Positions 1 through 9,650 of a stretch of 64,000 nt of DNA are shown here, piece after piece (positions within the stretch are counted from its first letter, which is position 1; each line of letters opens with the position of its first letter). The notes under the pieces were generated by a model. It ran no database searches. It worked only from the letters and a program-made list of their open reading frames with translations, and was not told the DNA's origin. The translations under genes and the position numbers were made by a program. This stretch comes from a virus (lineage: Duplodnaviria; Caudoviricetes), in IMG/VR virus record IMGVR_UViG_3300023714_000001; one strand, given 5' to 3'.

Positions 1-44
1 TGTCGATTCCCCAAGCAATCAAATATGTTAAGAGCTCTATTGAC

Positions 45-1133
45 ATGGAAGAACTTACTGGACTGCGCGGACAATTTTGTGACATTTTTCACGAAGAACA
101 AACACCCTCTTCTTGTTGGCTACGCCCTAACGCAAACCATCGTAATTGGATTTACAAATGCAGTTCAGCGTCTGCAGAGCTTACAGTTGATTCTATTGGT
201 TTCACAATGTGTTGCTTGCACTGCACCACTATAGAAGCCCTTGAACATCTCTGCTCTAAAGCTAATATCAAGCTTGTGCACAACGAACATGGTAAAGACA
301 TTCGGGAATTTATACGAACGAATAAGTTAGCTTACAAGAACCTTAACAGGATAAAAGGTGCCCATAACTTAATCGGTAGGGTTCTTAAAGGTGCTTACGA
401 CGAATGTTGTGCTGACGTTCAATACATGGCTGAGCGCTATAACATGAATAAACATGGCGACGATATCTATGGCTCTGTTAGTTCCCGTTATTTATCCAAG
501 AGACTAGGGAATAAGAACGATCATTCGTCTTCGTGTAAGAAACTAATTTTACTGGCCAGTTTAGGTCTTGTTAAACGTTTTACGGATGAAGATCTCCCTT
601 TCTACGATACTTTGAGAAGGATGCCTTTTTATAAAAAATGTATGAGAGAACATTATGGTTGCACGATTCAGTTTTACAAATTAGCTGACCTTAGCAATAA
701 AGAAGTACGCAGGGTTATCCGAGATAGAATCAGAGCATGGGTAGACAAAGGATCGCCCATTAAGAATATCAATCGTCAGGTTATCTCTGATGTATTTGGG
801 GAAGAAATTGCTTCAGATGTCTATGCCAAGCACGATGCTTTAATGGCTAAGCGCGCATCCGTAGCAAGTAAAGTCGCAGAGGAAACTGAGGTAATCGCTA
901 TCGACAATATTGAAGAACAATGGCGCTTGGAAGAGTTTGAATGGCTTAGAAAAGAAATGCGTGAAAATGCCAGACGACCAATGTTTGATGATTGGGTATT
1001 TGTACCTGCTACTGTAGCAGCGCCTCCCAAGACAAAAGCCGTCAAAGCTCCGAAATCGCGTACAGGTGCCGCGAAGCGCACTGCCTCATATACTTATATA
1101 CCTCAGAGCTTACAAGGGTGTCAGGCAGCCTAA
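45..1133 (+). CDS. Putative replication/DNA-binding protein with degenerate primase-type (CHC2-like) Zn finger and possible winged helix
   Basis: FCDIFHEEQTPSS...IYKC resembles the CPFHxEKTPSF..YxC zinc finger of DnaG; SSRYLSKRLG...LASLGLV looks like an HTH. Confidence 0.4.
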   Translation: MEELTGLRGQFCDIFHEEQTPSSCWLRPNANHRNWIYKCSSASAELTVDSIGFTMCCLHCTTIEALEHLCSKANIKLVHNEHGKDIREFIRTNKLAYKNLNRIKGAHNLIGRVLKGAYDECCADVQYMAERYNMNKHGDDIYGSVSSRYLSKRLGNKNDHSSSCKKLILLASLGLVKRFTDEDLPFYDTLRRMPFYKKCMREHYGCTIQFYKLADLSNKEVRRVIRDRIRAWVDKGSPIKNINRQVISDVFGEEIASDVYAKHDALMAKRASVASKVAEETEVIAIDNIEEQWRLEEFEWLRKEMRENARRPMFDDWVFVPATVAAPPKTKAVKAPKSRTGAAKRTASYTYIPQSLQGCQAA

Positions 1134-1315
1134 TAGGGGCCTTAGGATTTATTTTGCACGAACGGAATATGTAAGAAGTAAAAAACGTATAAGAAGTTAA
1201 CCTTATATATGTCTGGGCCTCTTCCCTATTTATGGAATACTATAACCTAGCAACGGTAATACTTGCCTTGAAGCTATATGTAGTTCGGAAACAAAAACAA
1301 CGGAGGAATAAATAC

Positions 1316-1657
1316 ATGGATAATAATACTACAGCAGAGCAGGCGCAGGATCTTAGCGAAGTTGTTATCGTAAAGGAAGCCGGTATGGATGCGCCATATA
1401 AGATTGAAGATGCCAGTATTGAATTTGACGTAGCAATTTCTGATGCGGGCGATCTGATTTTCAAGGGCGGCCAGCTTACTACCAGCTACTTCATTCAGAA
1501 TACCGAGCTTGATCACCTTGAAACCTGGAGATACTTTATTGAGGGTGTAAAAATCAAGAACATGCATATTTCTACCAAGCTCGATAAGATTACTTACAAT
1601 TTTAGCGCGAATAGCTTTGTAGACTATACAGTTAGTGCGGAGGAAGACAATGGCTGA
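1316..1657 (+). CDS. Hypothetical phage protein
   Basis: Start moved to ATG 1316 (GGAGG at 1302); GGTAATA motif upstream at 1255. Confidence 0.6.
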   Translation: MDNNTTAEQAQDLSEVVIVKEAGMDAPYKIEDASIEFDVAISDAGDLIFKGGQLTTSYFIQNTELDHLETWRYFIEGVKIKNMHISTKLDKITYNFSANSFVDYTVSAEEDNG

Positions 1658-2381
1658 GGAAAAAGAAACAGATATAAAAGCGCCCACAGCTGCAGAAGTT
1701 GAACTTGAGGAAAATCAGCGCAACTATGACAGGATGATGGCCCGGCTCAAAACAAATGTCTGGGGACATAGCCAGAAGGGACTGCTCGCACTCAAGGCAA
1801 GTATGCAGCAGCTCTCGCTTAAGACGGGGATGTATGCCCGTATCCCAATTTATTGTAAAGGCGAAGGCTGTCCTTATAATGAATCCTGCCAGTTATATTT
1901 TGATGGGCTTGCACCGGTAAATGAGCCTTGCCCTCAGGAAGTTGCTTTGATTGGCCGCAAAGTCGCCCAGTATACTGACGAATTCGATCTGGACAAAGAT
2001 GATGCCTCCCCCACCGATAAAGCGCTTATAGAAGAAATTATCCTTATGGAAGTTTCCATGGAAAGATGTAAGGCGCTTATGTCACAGGAAGTAAATCCGA
2101 TCCAGAACGTTGCAATCGGACTTAGTGAAGAAGGCGAGCCGATTTATCAGCCGCAGGTATCCAAAGTTGTGGAAGCCTATGAACGTTTTTCCAAAAAACG
2201 TAATGCGGACTACAATCTCTTAATGGCTACTCGCAAGGACAAGAAGAAAGACATTGAAGAAGAAAAGCAGGCTGACATCTATTCGATTATTGAGGAAGCT
2301 CAGAATACTGAGGGATTCTTTGATATGGATAAGCGGCCGGATGTTCAGGATGCTGAATTTACGGAAAGCGGGGAAAAATAA
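1650..2381 (+). CDS. Putative terminase small subunit / Cys-cluster protein
   Basis: ATG 1650 after GGAGG; CKGEGCPYNESC...PCP motif; helical, acidic C-terminus; lies upstream of terL. Function inferred from position. Confidence 0.4.
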   Translation: MAEEKETDIKAPTAAEVELEENQRNYDRMMARLKTNVWGHSQKGLLALKASMQQLSLKTGMYARIPIYCKGEGCPYNESCQLYFDGLAPVNEPCPQEVALIGRKVAQYTDEFDLDKDDASPTDKALIEEIILMEVSMERCKALMSQEVNPIQNVAIGLSEEGEPIYQPQVSKVVEAYERFSKKRNADYNLLMATRKDKKKDIEEEKQADIYSIIEEAQNTEGFFDMDKRPDVQDAEFTESGEK

Positions 2382-2701
2382 TGAGTGCCAGTGCGGAAGC
2401 CATAAATAAAATTGGCACTGCTGCCAGCGGCGTTTTTAACTTCATGAAAGAACCATGGGTGAAGGGTTATAAATATGCTACTGGCGAAGGGCCAAAAACA
2501 TGGAAGGGTTTAGCTAAGGAAGCCTTTGGTGGTGCTGAAGGAGATTTAACTGCATTCAAGGTTGGCGACGAACGTTATAACGGTGCTAAGATTGCCGGCG
2601 CCTTAGGCGGGCTTGGTATCGGTTATCGTTTTGCCTCTGGCGGTGGCGCCTATAGAGATAAGAATGGCAACACAGATATCGCGGGTATACCCTTTATTTA
2701 A
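2381..2701 (+). CDS. Small Gly/Ala-rich protein, possibly virion-internal
   Basis: Overlaps the stop of the previous gene; hydrophobic Gly-rich segment. Confidence 0.55.
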   Translation: MSASAEAINKIGTAASGVFNFMKEPWVKGYKYATGEGPKTWKGLAKEAFGGAEGDLTAFKVGDERYNGAKIAGALGGLGIGYRFASGGGAYRDKNGNTDIAGIPFI

Positions 2702-2719
2702 AACTCGGAGGTTGTGTGA

Positions 2720-3091
2720 ATGGGTATTACTGGCAGTATTTTTAAGAAAGCCATGGGCGGCGCTAAAGCGTTTGATAACACCATGACCAAGGCGGCGGAC
2801 AAGGTTTTGCAGGCTCCCGGCAAAATCATCAGATATGATGAGTCTGGATTTCCTATAGGACTCAATAAAAAAGGTAAGGCTGTTCTTATTGGGGCAACAG
2901 CTGTGGGTTCGGCAGCCAGTGCATACAATGAGAATGAGCGTAAGCACTTAGGAACTATCGATAGTAGAATAGTCTCCCCTACTCCAGATTATTCTGTTTA
3001 CCGTAACGGCTCTACCCTGTCCGCTCCGGGTGGTGCAGACGGTTCCCTTGTATTTGCTTTGGATAAAACTAAGAATGGGGGCTTCTTGTAA
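2720..3091 (+). CDS. Small Gly/Ala-rich protein, possibly virion-internal
   Basis: GGAGG SD; KGKAVLIGATAVGSAA segment. Confidence 0.55.
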   Translation: MGITGSIFKKAMGGAKAFDNTMTKAADKVLQAPGKIIRYDESGFPIGLNKKGKAVLIGATAVGSAASAYNENERKHLGTIDSRIVSPTPDYSVYRNGSTLSAPGGADGSLVFALDKTKNGGFL

Positions 3092-3093
3092 TC

Positions 3094-3546
3094 ATGGGGA
3101 TTGGATCCAAGATCGTAAACAAGATGTTTAAAAACAGTAAAGGTGAATGGAGTAAAATGGCCATGGCCGGAACTGGCGCAAATTTGTATTTCGGCGCTTC
3201 AGAATATGCCGATAAACGTGCTGAGGGTGAAGGAATGATATCTGCCGGCCTTTCCGCGGCCGGAGATATTGCGCTGGGTATTCTTACTCCTATGCCGTTA
3301 TATATTGGTGCAATGATGGCCCCTGCACTTGCCGAAGGGGCGGTGGATGCATACCATGCCTTAGACCAGTACGGACGCCAGTTAAAATCACAGAGGCGAA
3401 ACCTGCCTTTTCAGAATGCTACCTTTGTAGATTCACAACAGACATATACGATGCGTCAGGCCGGCATGAACCTTGCACGGCAGGGACAAATGGCCGCGCA
3501 ACAGACTTCAATGGGTAACGAGGCATCTGCCTTTGCTCGTTATTAA
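3094..3546 (+). CDS. Small Gly/Ala/Met-rich protein, possibly virion-internal
   Basis: Tightly packed in the operon; hydrophobic middle segment. Confidence 0.55.
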   Translation: MGIGSKIVNKMFKNSKGEWSKMAMAGTGANLYFGASEYADKRAEGEGMISAGLSAAGDIALGILTPMPLYIGAMMAPALAEGAVDAYHALDQYGRQLKSQRRNLPFQNATFVDSQQTYTMRQAGMNLARQGQMAAQQTSMGNEASAFARY

Positions 3547-3566
3547 AAACTCGGAGGTGATACGAA

Positions 3567-4973
3567 TTGGCAGTTAGTTATGTTGGGGTAAATAAGGAAT
3601 TTGCAGGGGCGTGGCAAGACTCTGGTATGACCGAACTTCTTTCTGGTCAAGGAATGAGCGACAAGGAGATTAATCGGGTTATACGCAAGGCGAGCCGTAA
3701 TCATTGGGATTCGGAAGAGCAGACCGCTAAAGAGTTTGTTGGTGATGTGAAGAAACTCGTAGGTGGAGATGCGTTCTATAAAGACGATTATGGAAGCCTT
3801 TTCAGGGGTACATCACTCGAAGGTACAATTAACAGTATGCATACTCCTACCGCAGCGGAAAGATTAGATAATTATGCGCAAAACTACGATGTGAAAAACG
3901 GCATGTATACCGATGCTCAAATAAAAAGCATCAATAGGCGCATAAACAAATTGAATGGTGTTAAAAACACTGGCTCTCAATATACGGAACAAATGCAGGC
4001 AGAGTCAGAAATGAATCGAACGATACATGCCGCCGAACAAAGAAGAAATGCAAAAGAGAATTTATGGGGACAACAAGAAGCATCCGCTGAGCAATTAGCC
4101 GCAGAAGATAATTTGCGTGACTCCATAAGACATGGCGTAGACGATTCTACTGTTAGTACCCCAAAGAGACAATTGCGCAGACAAAGTGGTATGAAAGGGC
4201 GAAAACTTGACCTTGTTAATTGGGGGGAAGATGCAAAGACGCCCCAAACACCCACAGCTGTTCAAAAACAAATTGACAGTATGGTTGGGGCACCACACAG
4301 CGCAGCAAACAAGATGATTGCGGAAAAGATGGAACAGAGAGGAAAAACCTCTGTTTATAACGTGATGTCTCGTATGGATCGGCTACGCTCAAAGATCGAT
4401 CGAATCGATAACGCGGATCGAGAAACGTTACAAAGAAGTTTCTCCGAAGCTCATCTAAATGACATTTCCAAAAAAGCCAGTCACTTCACATTAAAGGAAA
4501 ATATGGCTAATAAGCTAGGGTATGTAAAAGCCGCCGCAAAAAACGTTACTGACTTCTTTATCGGAGGAAATACCGGTGGCGGACATATTCGTGCTCACAG
4601 AGAAAGTATCCAGCGTAAAATCGAGGAACGAGAAATGGATATGATGCGCGAGCAAAAGAAAGCTCCGCTTCAGAAAAGCATGGATAACCATCAGAAGCTA
4701 TTAGACAGAATTAATAATGGGGATAACGAAGCGTTACAGGCAACCCAAACTAAACGAGGAACCAGACAAATTTTAGCGCAAGACTGTATAGAAAAGCGCG
4801 CAGCGGCTAAAGCCGAACAAATGGCCAGCAAAGGCTTGGGCTGGAAAGGTAAGGCCGGTGCTGTAGCAGGTCTACTTGCTCTTGGCGGTATTATCGGTAA
4901 TCAGTTCGCGGGCGGCCATAAATCTAATGCCGAGCTCTACAACCCCAACCCGCAGCCACAATATTACAGCTAA
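3567..4973 (+). CDS. Helical protein with C-terminal hydrophobic Gly-rich segment
   Basis: TTG start after GGAGGTG; 468-aa ORF. Confidence 0.6.
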   Translation: MAVSYVGVNKEFAGAWQDSGMTELLSGQGMSDKEINRVIRKASRNHWDSEEQTAKEFVGDVKKLVGGDAFYKDDYGSLFRGTSLEGTINSMHTPTAAERLDNYAQNYDVKNGMYTDAQIKSINRRINKLNGVKNTGSQYTEQMQAESEMNRTIHAAEQRRNAKENLWGQQEASAEQLAAEDNLRDSIRHGVDDSTVSTPKRQLRRQSGMKGRKLDLVNWGEDAKTPQTPTAVQKQIDSMVGAPHSAANKMIAEKMEQRGKTSVYNVMSRMDRLRSKIDRIDNADRETLQRSFSEAHLNDISKKASHFTLKENMANKLGYVKAAAKNVTDFFIGGNTGGGHIRAHRESIQRKIEEREMDMMREQKKAPLQKSMDNHQKLLDRINNGDNEALQATQTKRGTRQILAQDCIEKRAAAKAEQMASKGLGWKGKAGAVAGLLALGGIIGNQFAGGHKSNAELYNPNPQPQYYS

Positions 4974-5049
4974 GTAAGATGTTTCACGCGTTTGCCAATG
5001 TTGCACGCTCTGGAATCCGCAGAATTATCAGCTTGATGTATTTTATGTA

Positions 5050-5079
5050 TTGCATTTTTCAAGTTTTCCATGGTAAAAT
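5050..5079 (+). promoter_or_regulatory. Sigma70/sigmaA-type promoter
   Basis: TTGCAT-18 nt-TAAAAT with extended -10 TG. Confidence 0.5.
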
Positions 5080-5101
5080 AAAAGCCATGGAGGTGAGGAT
5101 T

Positions 5102-5695
5102 GTGAACCCGCATCAACACTCACATGGCGGTGCCCGCCCCGGTGCAGGCAGGCCAAAAAAGAAAGCGCGTGACTTACAGAAAACACATAGCATCCGGGCT
5201 ACAGATAAAGACTGGAAGGAAATTCAATTGGCGGCCAGAACCATCAAGACGTGTTCTTCCATAGATAAACGCCCACGCATTTTTATGCTCACTGACGATG
5301 AACAAGATAAGGTAAACCAATTCCTTCTAAATGGACTTATCGAGGCTTGGCAAAATGCGCGTTGGGGTGAACCAGATACTACACCTCCACCCCAGCCACC
5401 TCTACTACAGGAACAAAAAGAAATAGAGATAACAAAGCCTCGCAATTTTAGCGAGGAAGAAGCAGTATCTATATTTCTTGAATACTATCGGACTAACCCT
5501 ATCGAGTCCATGTCTCTCATTCAAAGCAAACTTGAGCAAGAACAGCGAATTCGTGAAGCCAGAGAACGGCGGCAGCGGCAATCGGCAACAATGGATAAGT
5601 TCGATGAGAGAATGCAGAATGCTATGGACTCTATCGATGATATAAATGAACGCATAGCAAAGATGTTACAATTTCCTGGAGCCGGTACGAAATAA
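5102..5695 (+). CDS. Putative DNA-binding regulator (GGARPGAGRP motif plus ribbon-helix-helix-like segment)
   Basis: GTG 5102 after GGAGGTG; HGGARPGAGRPKK then KTHSIRATDKDWKEIQLAA. Confidence 0.5.
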   Translation: MNPHQHSHGGARPGAGRPKKKARDLQKTHSIRATDKDWKEIQLAARTIKTCSSIDKRPRIFMLTDDEQDKVNQFLLNGLIEAWQNARWGEPDTTPPPQPPLLQEQKEIEITKPRNFSEEEAVSIFLEYYRTNPIESMSLIQSKLEQEQRIREARERRQRQSATMDKFDERMQNAMDSIDDINERIAKMLQFPGAGTK

Positions 5696-5714
5696 TATCG
5701 TATCGGCTCTTTTT
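5680..5714 (+). terminator. Intrinsic terminator
   Basis: agccggtacga...tcgtatcggct hairpin followed by a T-run. Confidence 0.65.
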
Positions 5715-5816
5715 ATGTCTGACAATAGGGCAAATAAATACACATTGCCGGTAATACGGGGAATGAGTTCCTTAATAGCCATTCCCCTTTTCGTAGTGCT
5801 ATGGAGGAAAACTTCT

Positions 5817-6014
5817 TTGGATGAACGTAAGAAAATCAAGCTGCAACAGGCGGCAGCGATTTTAAAAAATCCGGTACTCTGGGCTAAAGCTTGTGTAAAA
5901 ACAGTGGATAATGCCACAAAACAAGTAGTACCTTGGGAAGCCAGATGGTATCAGAAAGAGATGCTTCTGGATAACTCTATAAAAAAAGTTGCTCGATGTG
6001 GGCGACGAACGGGT
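5817..6014 (+). CDS. terL: Terminase large subunit, exon 1 (66 aa)
   Basis: TTG after GGAGG; RWYQ adenine-binding Q motif; ends in CGRRTG, the first half of Walker A. Confidence 0.85.
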
Positions 6015-6176
6015 GGCACTCTGCCCGTCCCCGACAAATTGCTGGAATACCTGGCGGCACATCATAAAAAACGTCAGGGGAATCAGCAGCGAACCTTATA
6101 TTATATAAGGACGTTCAGAGACTAGACGCGGGGTCTGATTGTCTTGTAATCAGTTAAATAAAAAGGGGAATGCAGG

Positions 6177-6647
6177 ATGATTTTTGAAACTAAGCGCAAT
6201 GTAGTTAACAACGTATTTTCCGTAGAAATCTCTTTCGCCGGCTACGGCACAGATGAGATGGACGAAAAGCACGAACAGGCTCTCTTTAATGACCTGGGCA
6301 ATCCGGTTATCAATCTGGGTGCAATCGTGTTCGAAGGCCGCTTTGATGTTGATGGGGACAAGCGTGTTGTTCCCGCAGAAGGCGAAAACGGCGACGTTGT
6401 TAAGTTTATCCAGAATGTAAAACGCTATGAACTTGCTCCGGGCTTTGTTGTAAGCTTCAGTGCCGATGCCGGCGATGTTGCAAAGTCTGAGCTTGGCGAA
6501 AAACTCAACACGGCTCGTCTCGTAGCTGAAGCAAAGGCTCTGCTCTTCCAGCAGAAGGTACATGAAGCTATCAAGGCTGTCGTTGAGGAGCTGAAAGCGC
6601 AGCGCACCCGTTTTGAAACGGAGACTGTTGCCACTCTCACTGTCTAA
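6177..6647 (+). CDS. Intron-nested protein A (156 aa, no endonuclease motif)
   Basis: Own purine-rich SD; codon usage like the capsid genes; similar to 6665..7027. Confidence 0.8.
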   Translation: MIFETKRNVVNNVFSVEISFAGYGTDEMDEKHEQALFNDLGNPVINLGAIVFEGRFDVDGDKRVVPAEGENGDVVKFIQNVKRYELAPGFVVSFSADAGDVAKSELGEKLNTARLVAEAKALLFQQKVHEAIKAVVEELKAQRTRFETETVATLTV

Positions 6648-6664
6648 TAGGGGGTGCTTGCGAT

Positions 6665-7027
6665 ATGAAGCTGAAATACGATTATGTCGTGAAGAAGCGG
6701 AAGATTACCATAGAGCTCGAGACTGTGGATTTCACAAACAAGGAAATTCGTGCTCTCGAAATGCTTGGCGAACCGGTAATCAACTTTCAAAAAACATATC
6801 CGGGCGGATTTACCATTGCTTTGTCCAAGAAACTGCGCAGCGAGTTTAAGGCCCGCATTCGCATTGACGGGACAAATGATGTAGAGGCAGCCAATGAGGC
6901 TGGCCAAAAATTCCTCGCGGATATCAAGGAGCTTCTCGAGCTTGAAATGGAAAAACTGATGGACTCTTACGAAGATCAGGTTTTCCCGCCGATGCACGGC
7001 AAGCTCGACATTTCGGAATATAAATAA
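6665..7027 (+). CDS. Intron-nested protein B (120 aa, paralog of A)
   Basis: GGGGGTG SD; EIRALEMLGEPVINF matches EQALFNDLGNPVINL in A. Confidence 0.8.
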   Translation: MKLKYDYVVKKRKITIELETVDFTNKEIRALEMLGEPVINFQKTYPGGFTIALSKKLRSEFKARIRIDGTNDVEAANEAGQKFLADIKELLELEMEKLMDSYEDQVFPPMHGKLDISEYK

Positions 7028-7095
7028 TCCGTAAATATTAAATTCAAGACAATCGGAAAGGGATAGTCCTGGCCGGAGTTTTTATTTCCGGCTTG

Positions 7096-7854
7096 AAGAC
7101 CGAAACCATGTGCATAGATTCATTGCACAAGGCTTGCACTAATCGCTCGTTTGTATGCCTGTACGCAGCACCGTATGAGGTTCAGATACGAGCGATTTTT
7201 AACCGTTTGAACGAACTTATTTCTCTTTCCCCTGCTCTGCAGGCTATGGTAGTTTCCAATACAAAAACACCATTTGAAATTAAGTTCAATAACGGTTCTG
7301 CAATACGTGGCCAGACCACAGGCGCATCGTCGGGCGGCGGCGCTGTAGGGTTTCGTGGCCAGAGGGCTGACGCCCTTTACTTGGATGAATCTGACTATAT
7401 GAGCAATGCGGATTTTGACTCGATCCTGGCCATTGCGGCCGAACGAGAAGGGATACGTGTATTTCTCTCGAGTACCCCAACCGGCGCGCGTAAGCGTTTC
7501 TGGCAGGCGTGCACAGATCCAAGTATGCATTTTAAGGAATTCCACTATCCATCTACATGTAACCCTCAGTGGGGTCCAAAGATGGAAGAAGAATTCCGTT
7601 CCCAGTTATCTGAGCAAGGTTATATCCATGAAGTTATGGCTGACTTTGGTTCTCAGGAAACCGGTGTATTTGATAAAGATAAAATCGACGCGGCAATGAA
7701 GTTTATGCGGTATGCATATTCTCCTCTCACCTACTCTCAAAAAATGAAGGTAGATGAAAATGGATGGAATGTGGAAATGTATATTCCTCCTGAGAATATG
7801 ACGATAGGCGTATACAAACCAACTAAGCTGCGCACAATGGGAATTGACTGGGAT
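7096..7854 (+). CDS. terL: Terminase large subunit, exon 2 (253 aa)
   Basis: KTET completes Walker A; Walker B LYLDE; coupling motif SSTP; ends in GIDWD (first nuclease Asp). Confidence 0.9.
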
Positions 7855-8749
7855 AAGAAAATTAACATATTTTCATTGTATAGACTCTTGGCTTGGTAAT
7901 ACTGGGCCAGGAGGACTGATACAGATTGAAAAAAAATTCTCAAGGCGCAAGAAGACACACAGTAAATGCGGAATATTTTAAAAACATTACTACTCCACAA
8001 CAGGCCTACTGGCTTGGTTTCATAATGGCTGACGGATGTGTTTATCACGGGAGTGATAAGAACTCTTATAGATTACAGATAAATCTATCTGCGGTTGACG
8101 CCGAACATTTGTCAAAATTTAACAAAGCTATAGAATCAGATTATGCCATTATAAGGAAGGCTATACATAATAAGAAAACAGGAAAAGATTACGAAGTTGT
8201 ACAATTAAAAATTAACTGTACACAAATGTGTAAAGATTTAATCGCCTTAAATGTGACTCCTAAAAAGTCTTTAACATGTGAATTTCCTGACTTAGACCAG
8301 TCGTTATTGCCTCACTATTTGCGGGGGTATTTTGACGGCGACGGATGTATTACGGAAAGTAAAGGCAAATGGCATATATCTATTGTTGGTGGTGAACCTA
8401 TGCTTCGTTCACTCCAAGACTATTTGGTTGATAATGATATATCATCCGCGATATACCAAATCAATCATTCAAAAGCCGTATCACTGGAGATTAGTAATTT
8501 AAAAAGTATTTCACGCTTCTACAAATTAATATATGAAGAGGCGGATGTCCTTCTTGAGCGAAAATATGAGAAGTTTGCAGCATTTAATTTGTCCCGCCAC
8601 ACAGGAATGTGTGGGCAATAATCAGGTAAATTGCTGGAATGCGTATGCTGCGCGAGAATCAGCAGCCAAGCCCGATTTATCGGGAAGGTTCAGAGACTAG
8701 AGACCTGATATCCAGACCGGATAATAGTATAGTCCACTTATGTTAAGTG
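7855..8749 (+). ncRNA. Group I intron 2 in terL (895 nt) with LAGLIDADG ORF in the P1 loop
   Basis: Exon UGGGAU|AAG pairs with guide UUUGUCCCG (8588-8596) including U-G; P2 ccacac/gtgtgg; P3 atcaggt/acctgat; P, Q, R and S motifs at 8628-8735; terminal G at 8749; splicing restores GIDWD|KYG. Confidence 0.92.
7926..8621 (+). CDS. LAGLIDADG homing endonuclease (intron-encoded)
   Basis: AYWLGFIMADG and YLRGYFDGDG motifs; AGGAGG SD; AT-rich. Confidence 0.9.
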   Translation: MKKNSQGARRHTVNAEYFKNITTPQQAYWLGFIMADGCVYHGSDKNSYRLQINLSAVDAEHLSKFNKAIESDYAIIRKAIHNKKTGKDYEVVQLKINCTQMCKDLIALNVTPKKSLTCEFPDLDQSLLPHYLRGYFDGDGCITESKGKWHISIVGGEPMLRSLQDYLVDNDISSAIYQINHSKAVSLEISNLKSISRFYKLIYEEADVLLERKYEKFAAFNLSRHTGMCGQ

Positions 8750-9580
8750 AAATACGGCGCATCATCGTCAATCATTATTCTCGATTATGTGCCTCGCTTT
8801 GGCCGATTTATGGTAGTGAGAAGAATCGAAGTTCCAAAAGCAGAATACAGCTTCGATAAGGCTGTAAACATGATTATTGAATTAAATAGGGTTTATAACC
8901 CAGCATTTATTTATGCGGATAGAGGGTCCGGCGAATACCAGCTAGAGATGCTGCATAAATACGGGGATCAGCATCCTGAGTCTGGCCTTAAATTAAAAGT
9001 TAAGGGATTCCAGTTCTCGCAAAAGATTCCGGTTATTGATCCCGTTACACACGTTACCGATCAAAAACCAATGAAGCCATTTATGGTGAACCAGTTGAGC
9101 ATGTGTATTGAGCGCAATCAGCTTATCATGTCTCCATTTGACGAGACACTGCATAAGCAGTTGGTCGACTACGAAGTTGTTCGCGTCGGTGCTAACGGCA
9201 ATCCCGTATACACGAGTGTAAACGAACACTTTGTAGATGCTCTGGGTTTAGCGTTCTTAGCATTCGCGCTTGAAATGCCAAATGTTGCTAAGACAATTGA
9301 AGATGTGGACTTTACAGCTCACATGATTAACGGTGAGTCTCCGTTTGCCAAGAGAGACAATGCTCCGACAGGCAAGAACTGGCGGGGCGCATCTAACCCA
9401 TGGAGCAATGCAAGTCTAATGAACGGCACTGTCTCTTATAAAGACGCTCAGGATAAGAGCGATGGGGATCAGCCAAAATTCTTCCGCGCACCACTTGCTG
9501 GTACAGCTGCCAGAAGAAAGAGTAATTGGGGATCCAGAAGAAGCTCGGGTTTTGGCTTTTGTGGAAGATCAATGTTCTGA
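8750..9580 (+). CDS. terL: Terminase large subunit, exon 3 (nuclease domain; spliced product about 595 aa)
   Basis: IYADRG and EHFVDAL motifs of the RNase H-fold terminase nuclease. Confidence 0.88.
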   Translation, partial: KYGASSSIIILDYVPRFGRFMVVRRIEVPKAEYSFDKAVNMIIELNRVYNPAFIYADRGSGEYQLEMLHKYGDQHPESGLKLKVKGFQFSQKIPVIDPVTHVTDQKPMKPFMVNQLSMCIERNQLIMSPFDETLHKQLVDYEVVRVGANGNPVYTSVNEHFVDALGLAFLAFALEMPNVAKTIEDVDFTAHMINGESPFAKRDNAPTGKNWRGASNPWSNASLMNGTVSYKDAQDKSDGDQPKFFRAPLAGTAARRKSNWGSRRSSGFGFCGRSMF

Positions 9581-9650
9581 TAGATAGTCGGCGCCGGAAA
9601 AATGGACGCCGATTTTTACTAAGGTAGACATATAGTAGAAGGAAATAATA

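Larger units (their letters stand above)
6015..7095 (+). ncRNA. Group I intron 1 in terL (1081 nt) with two ORFs in the P8 loop
   Basis: P1 ACGGGU/GCCCGU with U-G; P AAATTGCTGGAA; Q AATCAGCAG; R GTTCAGAGACTA; P3 ccccg/cgggg; P8 6134-6146 pairs with 7045-7057; S AAGGGATAGTCC; P9 hairpin 7071-7093; terminal G at 7095; splicing restores GRRTG|KTET. Confidence 0.92.

Noticed and set aside
5715-9580. terL fragments read as pseudogene pieces or frameshifts
   Set aside because: Complete group I cores with canonical splice sites join the pieces in frame
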